In this document: positions 11,644-25,600 of the stretch, in pieces
Numbering within the stretch: the stretch's first letter is position 1
How the letters are laid out: the number at the start of each line of letters is the position of its first letter
DNA from: Lingula anatina
Taxonomy: Eukaryota > Animalia > Brachiopoda
Reading direction: 5' to 3'
NCBI GenBank assembly: GCA_051362555.1
Contig: CM120642.1
Coordinates: 10,416,001 to 10,480,000, forward strand
Length of the DNA stretch: 64,000 nt
Made by a program: the position numbers and the translations under genes
The notes under the pieces: model-generated
The model's input: only the letters and a program-made list of their open reading frames with translations
Told to the model about the DNA's origin: nothing
Database searches by the model: none

Positions 11644-13434
11644 TAAAAATCATGGTATTTTACAATTATTATAATGATTGGAACACTGAACATCCCACTA
11701 CGTCATGTACACTTTAACAGGAATCCTCTACAGCAAAATCAACTAATTTCTATTGGAGACATTAGTGGAGAGCCAAAAATATACATTAATCTTACATTCA
11801 AGACAGATGAAATAATCCTGATTTATTATAAATGGTCACTCTAATAAGAATACTGGAATAAAAGCCATTAATATACAGTGTAACAATGTTCTTTTGCAAG
11901 ATGTCACCATAATGTGAAGATGCCTATCATGTAAGTGAACCATATAAACTTGAGTTAGATTCGCCCTGCTTTTGTCTTTCTTCGTTTCTTTTAAATATCA
12001 ACTATAATACAAGTACTATGTCTATTTTTAACCTGACATAATTACCTAAAAAAATTCTAAAAAATTGAATCTTTACATATGGCACTCTGAGAGTTATTAT
12101 TACTTATTTTAATCAGGCTTTACAAACATGCCACTGATACATATGTACTGCTTGACAAGCATATAATGAGGGAATTTTTTTATAAATGAAGTAATGAAAC
12201 AACAGTTAATTTTATATTGTACCAACTATGTTGAAGAAATGTATTGTGGTTTGTTTCTCGAAAAACTTCTATCATAAAACAGTCACAGAAACTTAAATGT
12301 TATGAAATTAACAGGATTCACATATTTAAAACATGTTTACAGAAAAGGTTCTGATATAAACTTATAAGCATGTCATGTTTTCTGTGAAATTCTGGGGCTT
12401 TTTTTTTTGGGGGGGGGACTACTAGCAATACACTTTAGTATAATACAAAACGATACAAAAGTTTCTTTATTACACAAATATTAGATCAAATGCAAGTTTA
12501 TCTCCTCATTTTAAAAAATACCCATAAGATACAGGTAATCCCACTAAATATAAAATGGCCTCCCTAAAGCTTGTTTTCTGTTGTCATCCCCAAATCTGCA
12601 AATATTTGTACATGAAAAAAACTTGACTGAGTTCAAGCTAACAAGGTGACAACACTGTTCTACCATAAAAATGTACATTGCTTCTTCTGTACACTAGTTA
12701 CCATCAAACTCGTTGGTTTCTATTATTTTTAAATATATCATGGTTGGCACAGGTATTCACATATCTACACATTCGTTTATCATATTGTTCAATGAGACTA
12801 GCAGAGTACAAAAGAATCTTGAAAAATGACATGTAATTACACATCTATGTACTTGACTCAATGTTTCAGACAACCTAGTAAGTTTTTACACAATTACACA
12901 ATGTTGGATAATGTAATTGGTTGACATTTTTTCTAAGGAAATTTTAAAATAATTATACACATTTTCAAAAGCCTTATTCAAGTTTCCAGTTAACCTTGTC
13001 ACAACAAATTGATTACCTTGTAATAAAGCAAAAGATTTAAAAGTCAAGTCCATATTCTTGACTTGTCTACCTTCACAAAGCACAATGGCACAACCACACA
13101 TTCGTCTCTAGCACAATGTAGTTAATGAAAGAACTATCAAGCTGAAAATTTGTTGTAACATGTTACACTTAGGTAAAGGGGATATCTGTGTTTACTTAAC
13201 ACCTACAACATCTGTATCTATCTGGATTTTAAAGGGGCATCCTTAATGGTGGGTAAAGATGCAATAAGGAGAACCACAATTTCTATAATGTAATTTTCCT
13301 TCAGATGTTTTGTTGGGGGTGTCATCTAAGTTGTCTTAAGAAAACCCCATGGTTGTCACAGGGGTTTTAATAATTTCATCTTTACTGCAGTAATGTTCCA
13401 ACTGTCATTCAAGCCAACTCATCAAAAAACATGT

Positions 13435-13450
13435 CCACCAGGGGGCAGCA
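13435..13450 (+). promoter_or_regulatory. CTCF-like binding motif CCACCAGGGGGCAGCA in the dachshund 3' UTR
   Basis: Near-perfect match to the bilaterian CTCF core (CCASYAGRKGGCRS), standing out as GC-rich in AT-rich DNA. Confidence 0.5.
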
Positions 13451-13541
13451 CTAATTAATACACGGCTAGGTCTCTTAAAATGCCATTTTGTTCACTGCTT
13501 AATAAGATAAAGTTCTGTGGGAACCTTCATAAATGCCTTTA

Positions 13542-13804
13542 TTACACAGGAGTTGTAGGTGCTGCCATTCCTATAGCCATGGTGGCATAGCTCGACATGG
13601 CTAGGCTGCTGGAGTGGGGCAGGTAACTCTCTCTCAATGCTTGCAGTCTGGACTGGGCGTCTGAAACAAAAATATACATTGGTGAGTTTCAACATTTTGT
13701 ACATGTTCGTAGGTACCCTGCTTTTTGGGAAAATGTCTATTTTTTAAATAATGTCAATATTTTTCTTATACCTATAATACTTATCTTTATTTTTTAAATA
13801 ATTT

Positions 13805-13847
<43 letters not shown>

Positions 13848-16800
13848 ATCTGGAAGTTCCTTTAAGAGTTGTGGTGATGATAGAGTTACTGACATAACCA
13901 TAACTTTGATAGAGTAGGATGTTCATGAAATTTTAAGACTGGTCTGCAAGTACAGTAAAAAGATGGCAACTAAAGTAACAATAGCTCATATGTGTATTCT
14001 CTATCTAGATTGTGTCATGGACCCCTCACCTTGTATTTGCTGTGTCCTGTCATCGTGATCTGGGGTACTGTTGTTACTGGTTCTTTCTGTTTCACTTTCC
14101 TGCTCTGCTACAGGAGGTTCTAAGTAATATCATATAAAATGTGTTCATTACAAGAATAGTGTGCATTTCACACTTTTTAGTTATAAAACTTCTTGTTTAA
14201 TTTTAAACAGGAGGCATCTACTTAAGGGATGGTGTGACAAAATAACTAGGTATGTTTTCTTATGATATGTAGTGTCATATTCTTTCATTTGGAAAATGAC
14301 AATGCTGTTAACAAGAAGATCACATTGTCAGGGAATCAAGTAGTAGGATAAAAGTAGGGAAACACATAGTTCATTTTTGGAAGATCATTTGGTGTCTACT
14401 TTAAATCGATTAATCTAAATAATATAGTACCAGTATAAAAGCAATAAACTGAAATAAAGAAAAGGGAAAAGAAGAACAAGAAAAATAGCAAACAAACATC
14501 TCAAAAATATCTTAAATAAAAACAAAATTTTGGATACCTGTGTAGGCCTGTAATTTGTCCTGTTGTTCATGCTGTGGTGAAGCTTTGGGTGAGGGTCTGT
14601 CCAGTGACATGTTTGGTTGTTTAGACTCCCCCTCTACCTGATCCTGGAGGCGCCGCCGGACTTTCTTCTCTCTTTTCAGCTTCTTCTGTAGCATCACTGA
14701 AAATAATGAAGTGATAAAAACGTTGACTAAAGTTGATAAAAAAATCATCAGTCAAAATTCAGAACAAATTCTGTCTGTGTTGTTCCTTAAGCTTAGAAGT
14801 AGTGCAAATATTATACAAAAAAGTATGGTGTATTTTCTAACTAACAAAATGTTCACAAATTTGTTTACCTCTACTTCTCTGTTCATCATGTAGTTGTTTT
14901 TCCAAAGTTTCACGTAATTCCCGCTCTCGCATTACCTCCATCTTTAGGTCGGCTAAAAAAACATTTACAATTATGAAAACTGTGCAAAAAATAATAAGTT
15001 GATAATGCTTTTAATACCGACTTGTTCATATGTAAGATTTTTCTTGAATTAAGAATTTAAAAGAAAAAAAAAACAATAATTTAATCCTCTCTCTTCAAGA
15101 AGTCTTGCTGCAAGGTAAAGAGTTAACAGTGTTATCTATTTTCCAAGATTTGAATTATGTATCTACTTTTGTATGAATTTTCAAGATTTGTGTGTTAGAG
15201 GCATTAAACTAGTGGTTCTTAGCCAAGTTATATATTAAACATATGTTTAACAATCCAAATCCAAATTATCTCATAAAATACAAGCAAAGTAAAACAAAAG
15301 GAGTTTTAATTTCTACTATATTTTCAAAAACCAAGTGGTTTATAGGAGCAAATTTATTCAGTTTTGTTTGTTCTTGTGCAGTGGTGGTCTAAACCACATT
15401 TTGGATGGAGACTTGTAGTCTGTTATACAGGAACGTTGGGTTGTTCTAAGGTAACGCAAAGCATCAATAGATTCTCCACTTGTCTGTCCACTAAACTACT
15501 CACAGGACATGTGAATGGATGCCCAATGATACAGAAACTGAGAAACTACACACTGTTTCTTATTGGCTCTGTACCATGAATTTTTGTGACTGAGATACAG
15601 CATAAAAATTGCTGTTTTTGTATTTCTTTTCCCATTTTGAATAACCTTACCCAACAATTATACACTGGTATTTTCAGGTCTTCAAGACTGTGTACAGAAC
15701 AACTCATACAACATTTCTACTATTGATGAAAAATAAGCAATTTTCATTTTCATAGGATCAAGTTAAGACCTATTTCTTTGCTGGCAGCCAAAAGATAACT
15801 TAACGTAATTTAAAAAGTAAATCTACAAATTCCTGTTAAGATTACGCCCTATATCCTTTTGCAATGCATAAATTGTCTGTTTATTTTTCCCATTGTTCTC
15901 ATGTTATTTTGTACACAAAGGCCAACTGTGTTCGCTGACTTAACACTTAAGGGAATGTTTTGCCTTCATTTTGTCTCAAGTCTTATGTTACAACAGGAGT
16001 TGATTTAAGGTATTGGGAGATTTGTATAGCCCATGAATCACACACTTTATTTTGTTTAATTTCTAATATTTGTCTTTTTTTCACCGGAAACAAGCAGTTC
16101 AGGCAGTGTCCACAAAGTGGTATAACATGGCATGGAGAGATTGTTATTACAAGAGTTTCTTTGTTTTTTTGTCTTGCTTGCTGGTCCTTAAAAAGGAGAT
16201 ATGAAAAATATGCTACATCACTTTCCAGTCATTTAGTACATCCATTTTGTAAAAACCAATCACTGTTCATTCATAATTTCTACTTCAAGTTCAAATCAGG
16301 CCAACAGCCAGATTTCAAAAGGGGGGGGGGTTCTGAAAAAGTGGACCTTTTACCATGAAACCTTCATGTACCGAGATAAAATTTTAGGGGACCTTTTCTC
16401 AGCAAAAAAGAGGGGTTCTTTTGAAACGCCCCCTTCCAGGCTACAGGCCTGCAAACTGACTAACAATGTGAATGCCACTATGATTTGCTGCTTATTGCAC
16501 ACTATTTGATGAACTACTTTCCAACCTTATATATCATTTTGCTCCATAAAAATGAAAAAAACTGAAAAAAATTAGTGTTTCACTCTAAGTCTATTTACAG
16601 ATGTCACATAATTACCTTTCTCCAAATTGATCTGCCTTTCCCTGTGTTTAGCATTCTCTACTGCCACCTTCAGCAAACCCTGGATGTTCACGAGGAGACT
16701 CTCGATAGACGAGATACCTGAACTGTCATTGGTCAGAAGTTTAGATGACACTGTCTGATCTGTGTAATTATTGGCTGGATCAGCAAGTTGTGAAGATGGT

Positions 16801-19800
16801 GATTTGGGGTCATTGCTGTTTTCTGTAAGATGGATAAAACAGAGTCTACTATTGAGGAAACGCATTTTTATTGTGCTCAATCTTGTATTTTAAAACACAA
16901 AGAATGTTTGTAATAATTGAAAAAAACTATTAATAACCATATAGTCACCATAGTCAAAGTTGATTTGTGCACCAAGGATGAGAACTTAAAGTTTAGGAAG
17001 TATAATATAGATATAGAGCCTGCATGTGAGATCAGTTTTATGTGAGATCGTTTTAATCTCTCTCTCTCTCTCTCTCATTAATGGCTATTCTTGTCTGCCG
17101 ACATGTGTTGGCATGATAAATGACACTGTCTCCCCTCCCTCTCTCTCTCTCTCTCTCATATCCACTCACCCTCACTGTTCTCCTCTTCAGAATATTCTAG
17201 ATCTTCATCATCACTCCTGATGTCCCTGTTCATGCCACTGGAGCCATGTTTGGACAGGTCCAGTGTCTGGCTATGACCATTCATTGTGAGGTCAGTTGGC
17301 CTACACAAATCTAATGAAGATAAGGCATATTGTTTATTATGCAAAACATTTTATTAAGAAATGAATATGAATAGTGGCCATTTAAGAAACCAAATTAAGA
17401 GCTGTCAAGAAAACTAATCAGACTACCTTCAAATATTGGTACACATCTTCATATAGTTACAGGTTACAATATCCATCATATTTTCTTTTATGTGTGGGGG
17501 TAAAGGTTTCTGTTTCTTATATGAGCAAGGGAAAATTCATGATCAAGTACAGCTGGTTGAGATATGTTTACATGAAGACAATTTTGTCCAAACTTCCCAG
17601 TAATTCACTGGTTTTAGTCAACTAAATATCCAATGACCACAAAAATCAAAATACTCTTGCATACAGTTTTTTTTTTTTCAAAAAAATAAATATATAGATT
17701 AGGGACATTATTCTGCAGAGGACAAAAATGACAATTGGGCCAGTGTCTACCTTCTTTTGCCTGGTAAGCATAATGCCTGTCAGGTTTTCCTGGGGAGTCC
17801 ATCTGTGGCTCCCCCTGTGGGCTGCGAGCTTCATAACGGTCATCCTTTGTCCTGGAATTGATTTGTAAACATCCAATCTTAATTTTTTATTCCAATACAC
17901 ATTTCGATGTATGGCGTATGGTTTTGGCTATGGACTAGTAGTTACATGCCCTCTGGTTGTGTAAAAATCTTGGACCTTAATGAACTGAAGCTATCAGTGA
18001 TCAAGAGCTAATTATGAGAGGCCAATTAAAATGACAACTGATTTCTTTATAAAATTCATTTTACTTAAATATAAATGTTAAGCACAATCTTTGTATGCCT
18101 TACTTTGGGGAGCACAGGGGTGATGTCAGGGCCTCCCTTGGTGTCAAACTGTCAGCTGGTCTGAAAGGAAAATGATTGGCCATCGCCATGGAAACAGCAG
18201 GGTACGCCATCGGATGCTGGAGGTGCATGAACGGAAGCATGGCCAGATGATGTGGATAATGATTGTAGCCATTGGACAACAGGGGTGACTTCTTCTCTGT
18301 GAAAAAGAACTCTTAAGATAAGGGATACTGCAATTTTTATGTTGCACTGTGTCTACAAGTTTACATGTTTTACATATTTTTTATTTTTGAAAGCAAAATT
18401 CCACATATTATAACATTGTCTAAATTGAAATATTTTCCCAGGCAAAGCAATTTCCTTTTAAATTGTGCTTTCAACGCCTCTGTACAGGATTTCAAGAATA
18501 TTTTAATTTTATATCCATGCAGTGTAGTACCTGGGTCAGCAAAAGGGTGTTCCCTGTATATACCATAGTCTCCTGAATCTAAACGACTCTTTTTCAGTTT
18601 TTGCAAGGTATCTGTTGGACTGGGAGACAGTATGGAACTGCGTTTAGGTGGTCTACCTGGCCGCGCACTACAAATAAAAAAAGACAAATAAAAATATGTA
18701 AATTATAAAAACATACTTCACATTACAGAGTGTCTTAAGTTTTTGGGTCCTCAGTTATCAAGTTCAGGAGTGTTTTATGTACTTTGCTGACTAATTTGAC
18801 AGCCAGTTGGGCAGAAAAAGTTGCCCCAACAGATGGAATGACAACCACCACCACCACTTGGGGGCCCATAGGGGGGGGGAGAGAGATAATAGTTAATGGT
18901 ACCTGTTTCCTTACTATCTCCTTTTTCATAGAAAATATCAAAACACTAAATCATTTACAGGAAAAACACATTCATCTTGAGCAGAAAACTTTGAATGTCA
19001 CAAGGAAGTTAATAATTCCCCATAAGTGTACTCTATTTTTTTCAATTCACGAAGATCACAGACCTGGAAAATTCAGAGAGCATGAAATCAATTTGATTTA
19101 TGTTGATACACAGTGCAGTTAATGGCATATCAGTGAAGTTGTACTGCAATAGTATTGGGTTTAATCAGCCATGCATGAATTACGCAGCTTAAAAGTAGCA
19201 GTGAGAACACACAGTAAATGGTTCACAGGTAATCTAATTACTAGGTTCCTCAGAGTGGTTTCGCTTCTCCTCTCAGCCTCAGAATGATTTTTAAAGTGTT
19301 ACAAACTGTTGAAAACCAATCCAGTCTACTTTGCCATTTCATAAAGGCAAACATTTTTTTTTTTTTTGCTTTCCAAGAACCAAGGCAAACGTACTAATAG
19401 GCACGCTAGTAGCATAAATGCTAGTATAGCAAATTTTTCTCTGTTTTATTGATCAGTTTGCAAAAAGGTGCAAAATGGCCAGTTTATTTTACTCTGATCA
19501 TATCATTCTTAAACTTCCATGCTATCATATCCATATAATACTTGAAGTTGTTACTTTGACTCAATCAGTCCAAAATATGTATGTATAAAAGCATATATAT
19601 TCATGTCAATTTAATGGCATTGCCTAACACCTTTTTAACACCCTTCATTTACCTGTCACAATACTTCTCCAAACATAATTGGCAAAATTGTTATTATTGT
19701 CAAAGACTAAAAAAATATTTGCACGTGCTGCTTTTAACATTAGTTTTGTTTGAAATGACATAAAATCTAAATTTATTTCATTTTTTTTTACAGTTTTGCA

Positions 19801-22613
19801 CATTGCATGTTTACTTTCTCCAGTATCTTAGAAAAATACCATAAATGAATAGACATGGAAATATTTATGTTTCTTTTTCTATTCCATTGTAAAATGCAAT
19901 ATTGCAATAAAGATTTAAAATCTTATTGACTAGTTCCTCAGCTGGCATGAAGTTAAATCTCAGAATAATGGCTGTGACTCAACCTTTAATGAAAATACTG
20001 ACTTAGTCCATGCAATGTTGGACAATTGTTTATAAATAGAATCACACATCTGTACAGAATAGTTTTGTCATCCCATCACACCAATATAACCCCAATCTAA
20101 GCAATAATGTAGCTTCATTAGTGTCACTTAATTAATACTTAATTCATTTCTTTGATAGTGATCCAAGAGATCCTGTGCAGGATTTGTGGGAAAGGCTAGA
20201 TGTGTCATCTGGGAAAGAAAACGGCAAAACACTGTCACCAAATGATTAATTTTTACCGGAAAATAAGCATTTGTGAATACAATGTTAAGTACACTAATTT
20301 TTCATTTTCATAGGGTGCTATTTTTCATAGGACTTAATGAATCGCTATCTTCCCACTTTCCATAAAGATGAATTATATTATATCTTTGGCTTTACTCTGG
20401 CTAATATCTCCAAATCCACACTAGGGACTGGCTTATCACATTTTGTGTGCGAACAGCAATAAGAAATCGTTTCATAGCACTCTGGACATCCGATTATTTG
20501 ATTTGGGTGTTTTGTCTCTGCAGGTGATTTTTCATCTTAATTAACAATGGTAGTTTTGATAATCTAATATAAGGATATGATGAACTTCAATAGACACTTC
20601 CCCTTCCCTGATGGTTTATCACTATATGTGGAGATTGTGAGGATGAAGTCAAATGAAGGATTGAGGTCTTCAAGGCAATCACACTTTCCATCTCGTACAC
20701 TCTCAGTGCATCATGAATGCCTCAGATCAAACATGTTAAAAAGCTTACTGGGCATCAGCCTACAAAACTTGGAGCACCATCACATATATGTGATCCTGTT
20801 GCATGAGCAAGTTAAATTACCTCTTTTTTTAAAAAAATTATTAAATTCTGTTTAATGCAGTGTCATTTCAACCCCCCCCCCCCTCCACCTCAGCTGCTTA
20901 ATGGTCATGAATGGTTAGCAACACCTTGATGATTATGTTCGCTGTTGTGAGTGCTATTTATCACTCAGAGTTGCCAAGAAGACCGTAAACCAAACCCAGA
21001 ATTCACCTTTAATTGCTGAGCTCAAGTGGAGATGGTACTACAATAAAATCATTTTATTTGCTCATTTTGTAGCCATGATAGGGATGGCACCTGCAACTTT
21101 TTTTTCAGTGTTCCACCCTGCCCTTAGGGGGAGGCAGATGGAAACACAAAGAGAAGACTGATACATTTTAACCGTAAAAATTATTTACCACAGCTAAATA
21201 CATATTAACGTTCAATAACCAAAAATATATTTATAAGGTATATTTCTTAATTTGCATAAATTTTTAATGACTTCAGCAAAGAGCAACAACTTATTTTCAT
21301 TTTCGACGCGGACAGAAGCACCTTCCCCGAAATATTTTGCCTAATTATCAAAATGACTTCATACCACAGTGACAAGAGCCCCTTTTCCTGTTGCCACCCA
21401 TTAGCAGATTGCATCTCATACAGAAATATTTCAATTTTATTTCTTCTCATTAAGTCAAGATGATGACATTGGTAGCTATTGTTGATTTCAGATAATGCAG
21501 GTGTTCTTTTCTCATGTATATTTCTGACAGTCAAATAAACCTGGCGCCTCCGATATTATTTGCATTTGATGAAACACAACGTAATGATAACATTCAATGG
21601 TGAAATAAACATTTCATACTGAAACCCACACTGTTATAACATCTCTGGGCAATATTGCCAATTCAATAAACTAATTTAGGCTTTTCCTTGTGTTTGAGCT
21701 TTTTTACACAGTGAGTTTCTTAAACAAATATCACACGTCCATTCATGGTCTTTGAATTTTTTATTTTTATATTTTTGCTCACTGCAAGCATATTTGAGTT
21801 CCTTTTTACCAGTCTCATAAAGGTTTTATTCTAAGTGCAGCAAATATTTGAAACCCTATGAGAACGGAACATCATTCACCGGTAGCTCACGGGTGGCAAA
21901 TGGCACTCATGTTACGTCAAATTATGTTTTATTTAAACTACAGTCGACTTCCTAACCTGAAAAAATTGTTTTCACATGGCAGAGAGAATTGAAATAGAAA
22001 TTGGTCTGCAATGCAACACCTTTCGTTCTGAGTTAAGAACATGTGAAATACAAACAGGAAGGCATGGATAATAAGAAGCATTCACTCTCTCGTGTCTTTT
22101 CTTTGTTATGAGAAATTCAACAGGATATTAAAATGAAGGAAATCATCGTTCTGTGACACAGTCTTTCTGTCATATTACAACCTCTCAATTAATTTAAGTA
22201 GTCATCTTTACTGACTGAATTACAGTTTGCTTCTGTTGCATACTTTTGACAGTGTATATATTTACACATGATTACCTAATTTGTGCCTTGTGTGGCTGTC
22301 ACCTGGCAAACACGACAACATCTGGTATTTGTTCTTCTCATAAAGGATCAAAGGCCCCTCTCCAAATATTGTCAGTAGTCAGTAAGCTGGGAAACAGGGA
22401 TCAGTGTTTTTAACTACTTACAGTGATTACTTTCAACAAAGGGGCACCCACCACCTTTCAATGCCAACGATACACTATGATATTGGTGATAATACCCCCC
22501 TTGAGAAATGAATGCATGAATCAAACTGTCATTAACCACTTTTCTTCCTAGACACTCACTATCATTTTTTTCCAATTAGATATTTTCAGTGATATATCTT
22601 TTTCCTAACATGC

Positions 22614-22659
<46 letters not shown>

Positions 22660-25600
22660 AAACACAACACAATCACAACACAACACAATCAAATACCTCT
22701 CTTCACCCCAGGTTAAGTCTTACAAGTCAAACAACAAATCTATTTTCCTTCGCATTTTCCCTTCTATCTACCTGACCCTAATACATGGGCCAAGTATGCA
22801 GTTACACAAAGCTAACCCCCCTCGTAACCTAAACACTCTCGCAAGTAAACTTTTCTTACAAACATTACATAATAAGTTTAGCCGTTACATTGAACATTGT
22901 TTTCCACAACATGGTTAGTTTTCAACATGATTTCCACATCAAAGACAATGCAGGTAGGAATTACCATTTCACATAAGCTGAACAAGAATCATAAGCTGGC
23001 TAAATATTTATTCATCTATCATAGAGTAGGAAAGGGTGGGCCACTGGTCGGCGAAAATATAGAAAGTAAAATGCTATTGTCAATACAGAATCATAAACTC
23101 TATTTGATATCAACATATTGAAGAGGGCTGTACCATTGGGTTTATTATACCGACAAACAATTTCAATTGATTTTGGTTCCACACGATCAATTAACTGTCT
23201 CAACAACACGGAGTACACACAGTCTAGTATTTGTGCTGCTTTCACCAAAATCATGATGGATTAGATGGCCATGCAGGTTACTAAGTTTTCCCACCCCAAT
23301 TCTAGTATTTGACAGCTAAAAGCCACCCAAAACAAAGATTTCCTAGCATTAATGCACAACTCCTAGTATGTATTCAAGATAAGTCAAACAGAATTATGAG
23401 TAAATACTACTGGTCAAACACACATTTACATTTTATAATTATTAAGCGGTGCCTTTGAAATTTCTCCTTCAGAAGTCAATCGTTTTTAACAACACTCTAA
23501 CTGGCTTAGGTGGGAAGTATAAATAAAGGACTCTATTTGTTTTACATGGTGCAGAATCAAAGATGATAAAATATGTAAAAAGAGAAAACAGAAGAGAGTG
23601 AAAATTCAAAAAGATGTGTTTGCTCACTAGTTTTCCTTTTTGTCATGAAAACACAGCACTTTTTTCCACAAAACTAATTTTTTTTTAAAACACTTTTTAT
23701 TAGTAAGTTTTATATGCTCTGTAAGTAAAAGTTTATCTTAATTCAAATCCAATATAAAAACTCTGTCAAGAATATATATATATAATTATACATTTGTCAG
23801 CCAAATCCAAAGAACTTTTAAAGATTGGAAAAAAAACTTTTTTTGCGCCTCGAGTGAATAACAAGCTACACCAACACCACAAATGAGAGGACAAACTGTT
23901 TCTTTTTTTTTCAAAATGGGAATTTCATATCCAATTTCTACCAGTCTTTTATCACTAAAGAAGTCAAAATACTTAGTATGATTTTAAAATAGCCTAGCCT
24001 AATGCAGTATGTCAATGTATTTAATGGGAGGCTTAAAATCTGATTCCAAACGGACCTCAACCATAAATCCTGTGGCCTTAAGAAATGAAATAAAAAGAAG
24101 TCCCCTCCTTAATAGTTCTAACATGCTACCTCTCCCCCTGTAGGCTGTCACAGCTTGCGAGGTGGGCCATGAAATCCAAGATGCGTTTTATTGAGAAACA
24201 CTATCACGCGTTTTCTAGCAGGGGGAATAAAGCAGTGCAAAGCCCAAACAAAAGCAAGGAAGATAATAACACAGTCAATGTATCTACTGAGTGAAAAGAC
24301 CAAGGAACATGTCCATTTATCTTAAATGAAACAAAGCTAATGGGATAAGAGGCCTGCTCTGTACCAATGACAAAGCTGACTGAGCGGCTTTTCTGCTATT
24401 GTCAGAATCATTTCCATTTTCATTTGGCACTATGAAAGGACCTGCAATCAGCAGCAGATGGGAGGCGTTTTATTTTTCTAAATCCTAAGCTCATCTTTCT
24501 AGATATTTCACTGAAATGAATTCTCATCTTTCAAAAATATTTTTTTCGGGGCTGTAATCTCATCTGTTCCCATAAAGACTTGAAAAGTTGATACATCATC
24601 ACTTCAAATGCAACTGTTTAAGCTTTAATTAAGTGCAAACTGCTGGTTGAGTTGAGTGGTCTTAAAATGTAAAAAAAAAAAATACCAAATGTTTTGTAAG
24701 TGTATTTCAGTATATAATTTAATTTGTCTGTATGTTTGATGCTAAGCAAGAAACAACAACAAAAAAAGGCTTTGAACTTATTAATAGCTTCATACTGATA
24801 AGTCTGCAAACAGCATTGAAAGTCTGCCAATTAAACCATCTTCCTGTTAGTTATTATGCAACAAAAGTTTCTGCTTAAGGGTAAACATGGTGCAAAATAC
24901 AAATAACACCAGGATCTGTTCTTTCAACCCATGAAAAGACCCCCATACAAATCAAACACAGAAATTGTTTTTTTTTTTTTCAAATAAAGAATAACTTTCC
25001 CCCATACCTACAGAGATTGAGTTTCTCAATCCTCAAATTTTACCAGTAATTGAAATAAGAGTGTGAGAAAGTTTACGGGATCTATTGTGCTCTATCACCT
25101 TTCCAACTGTCTCAATTCAACAGCCTTTGAAATCTAATTGGAAGCCTTTTGAAGATTGAATTGGAAAGAAACAGCTTCCCTGGGTATTTGTAAGCCCCTA
25201 AAAAATCCATTACTGCAACCAAATTCTTATTTTTCACTCTTGAAAGTAAAAACGAAGAAGAGGTGCAGGGCTGGAGTCTATTCAACAACATATAGAATTC
25301 CATTTGTTTCATTCATGCATTGAAATTTCATTTAAATTGTCAAAAAGATAAATGAGCCAACGTTAGTCTTCGATGACTATCAATGGTCCTCGTTTTTCAT
25401 GATTTAATCCAAAATCGACTTTCCCCTGTGGCGTCTCTGCATTAGCATCATGAAGTTCCTGATTTATTAAATTCTAAAAGGCAGGTGAGTCGCACTTAAT
25501 ATCTATTTGGAAAAGAAAAACTTAACTTTTCCTTAAGTCTTGAATGAAATTCAAAACTATTGAGAGAACTTAATTGAGAGCTTTCAAATTACACCAAATA

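Noticed and set aside
18144-18347. ORF-track translations at 18144-18347, 17646-17900, 13492-13704 and 51605-51787
   Set aside because: Wrong-frame readings of real dachshund or FANCF exons.
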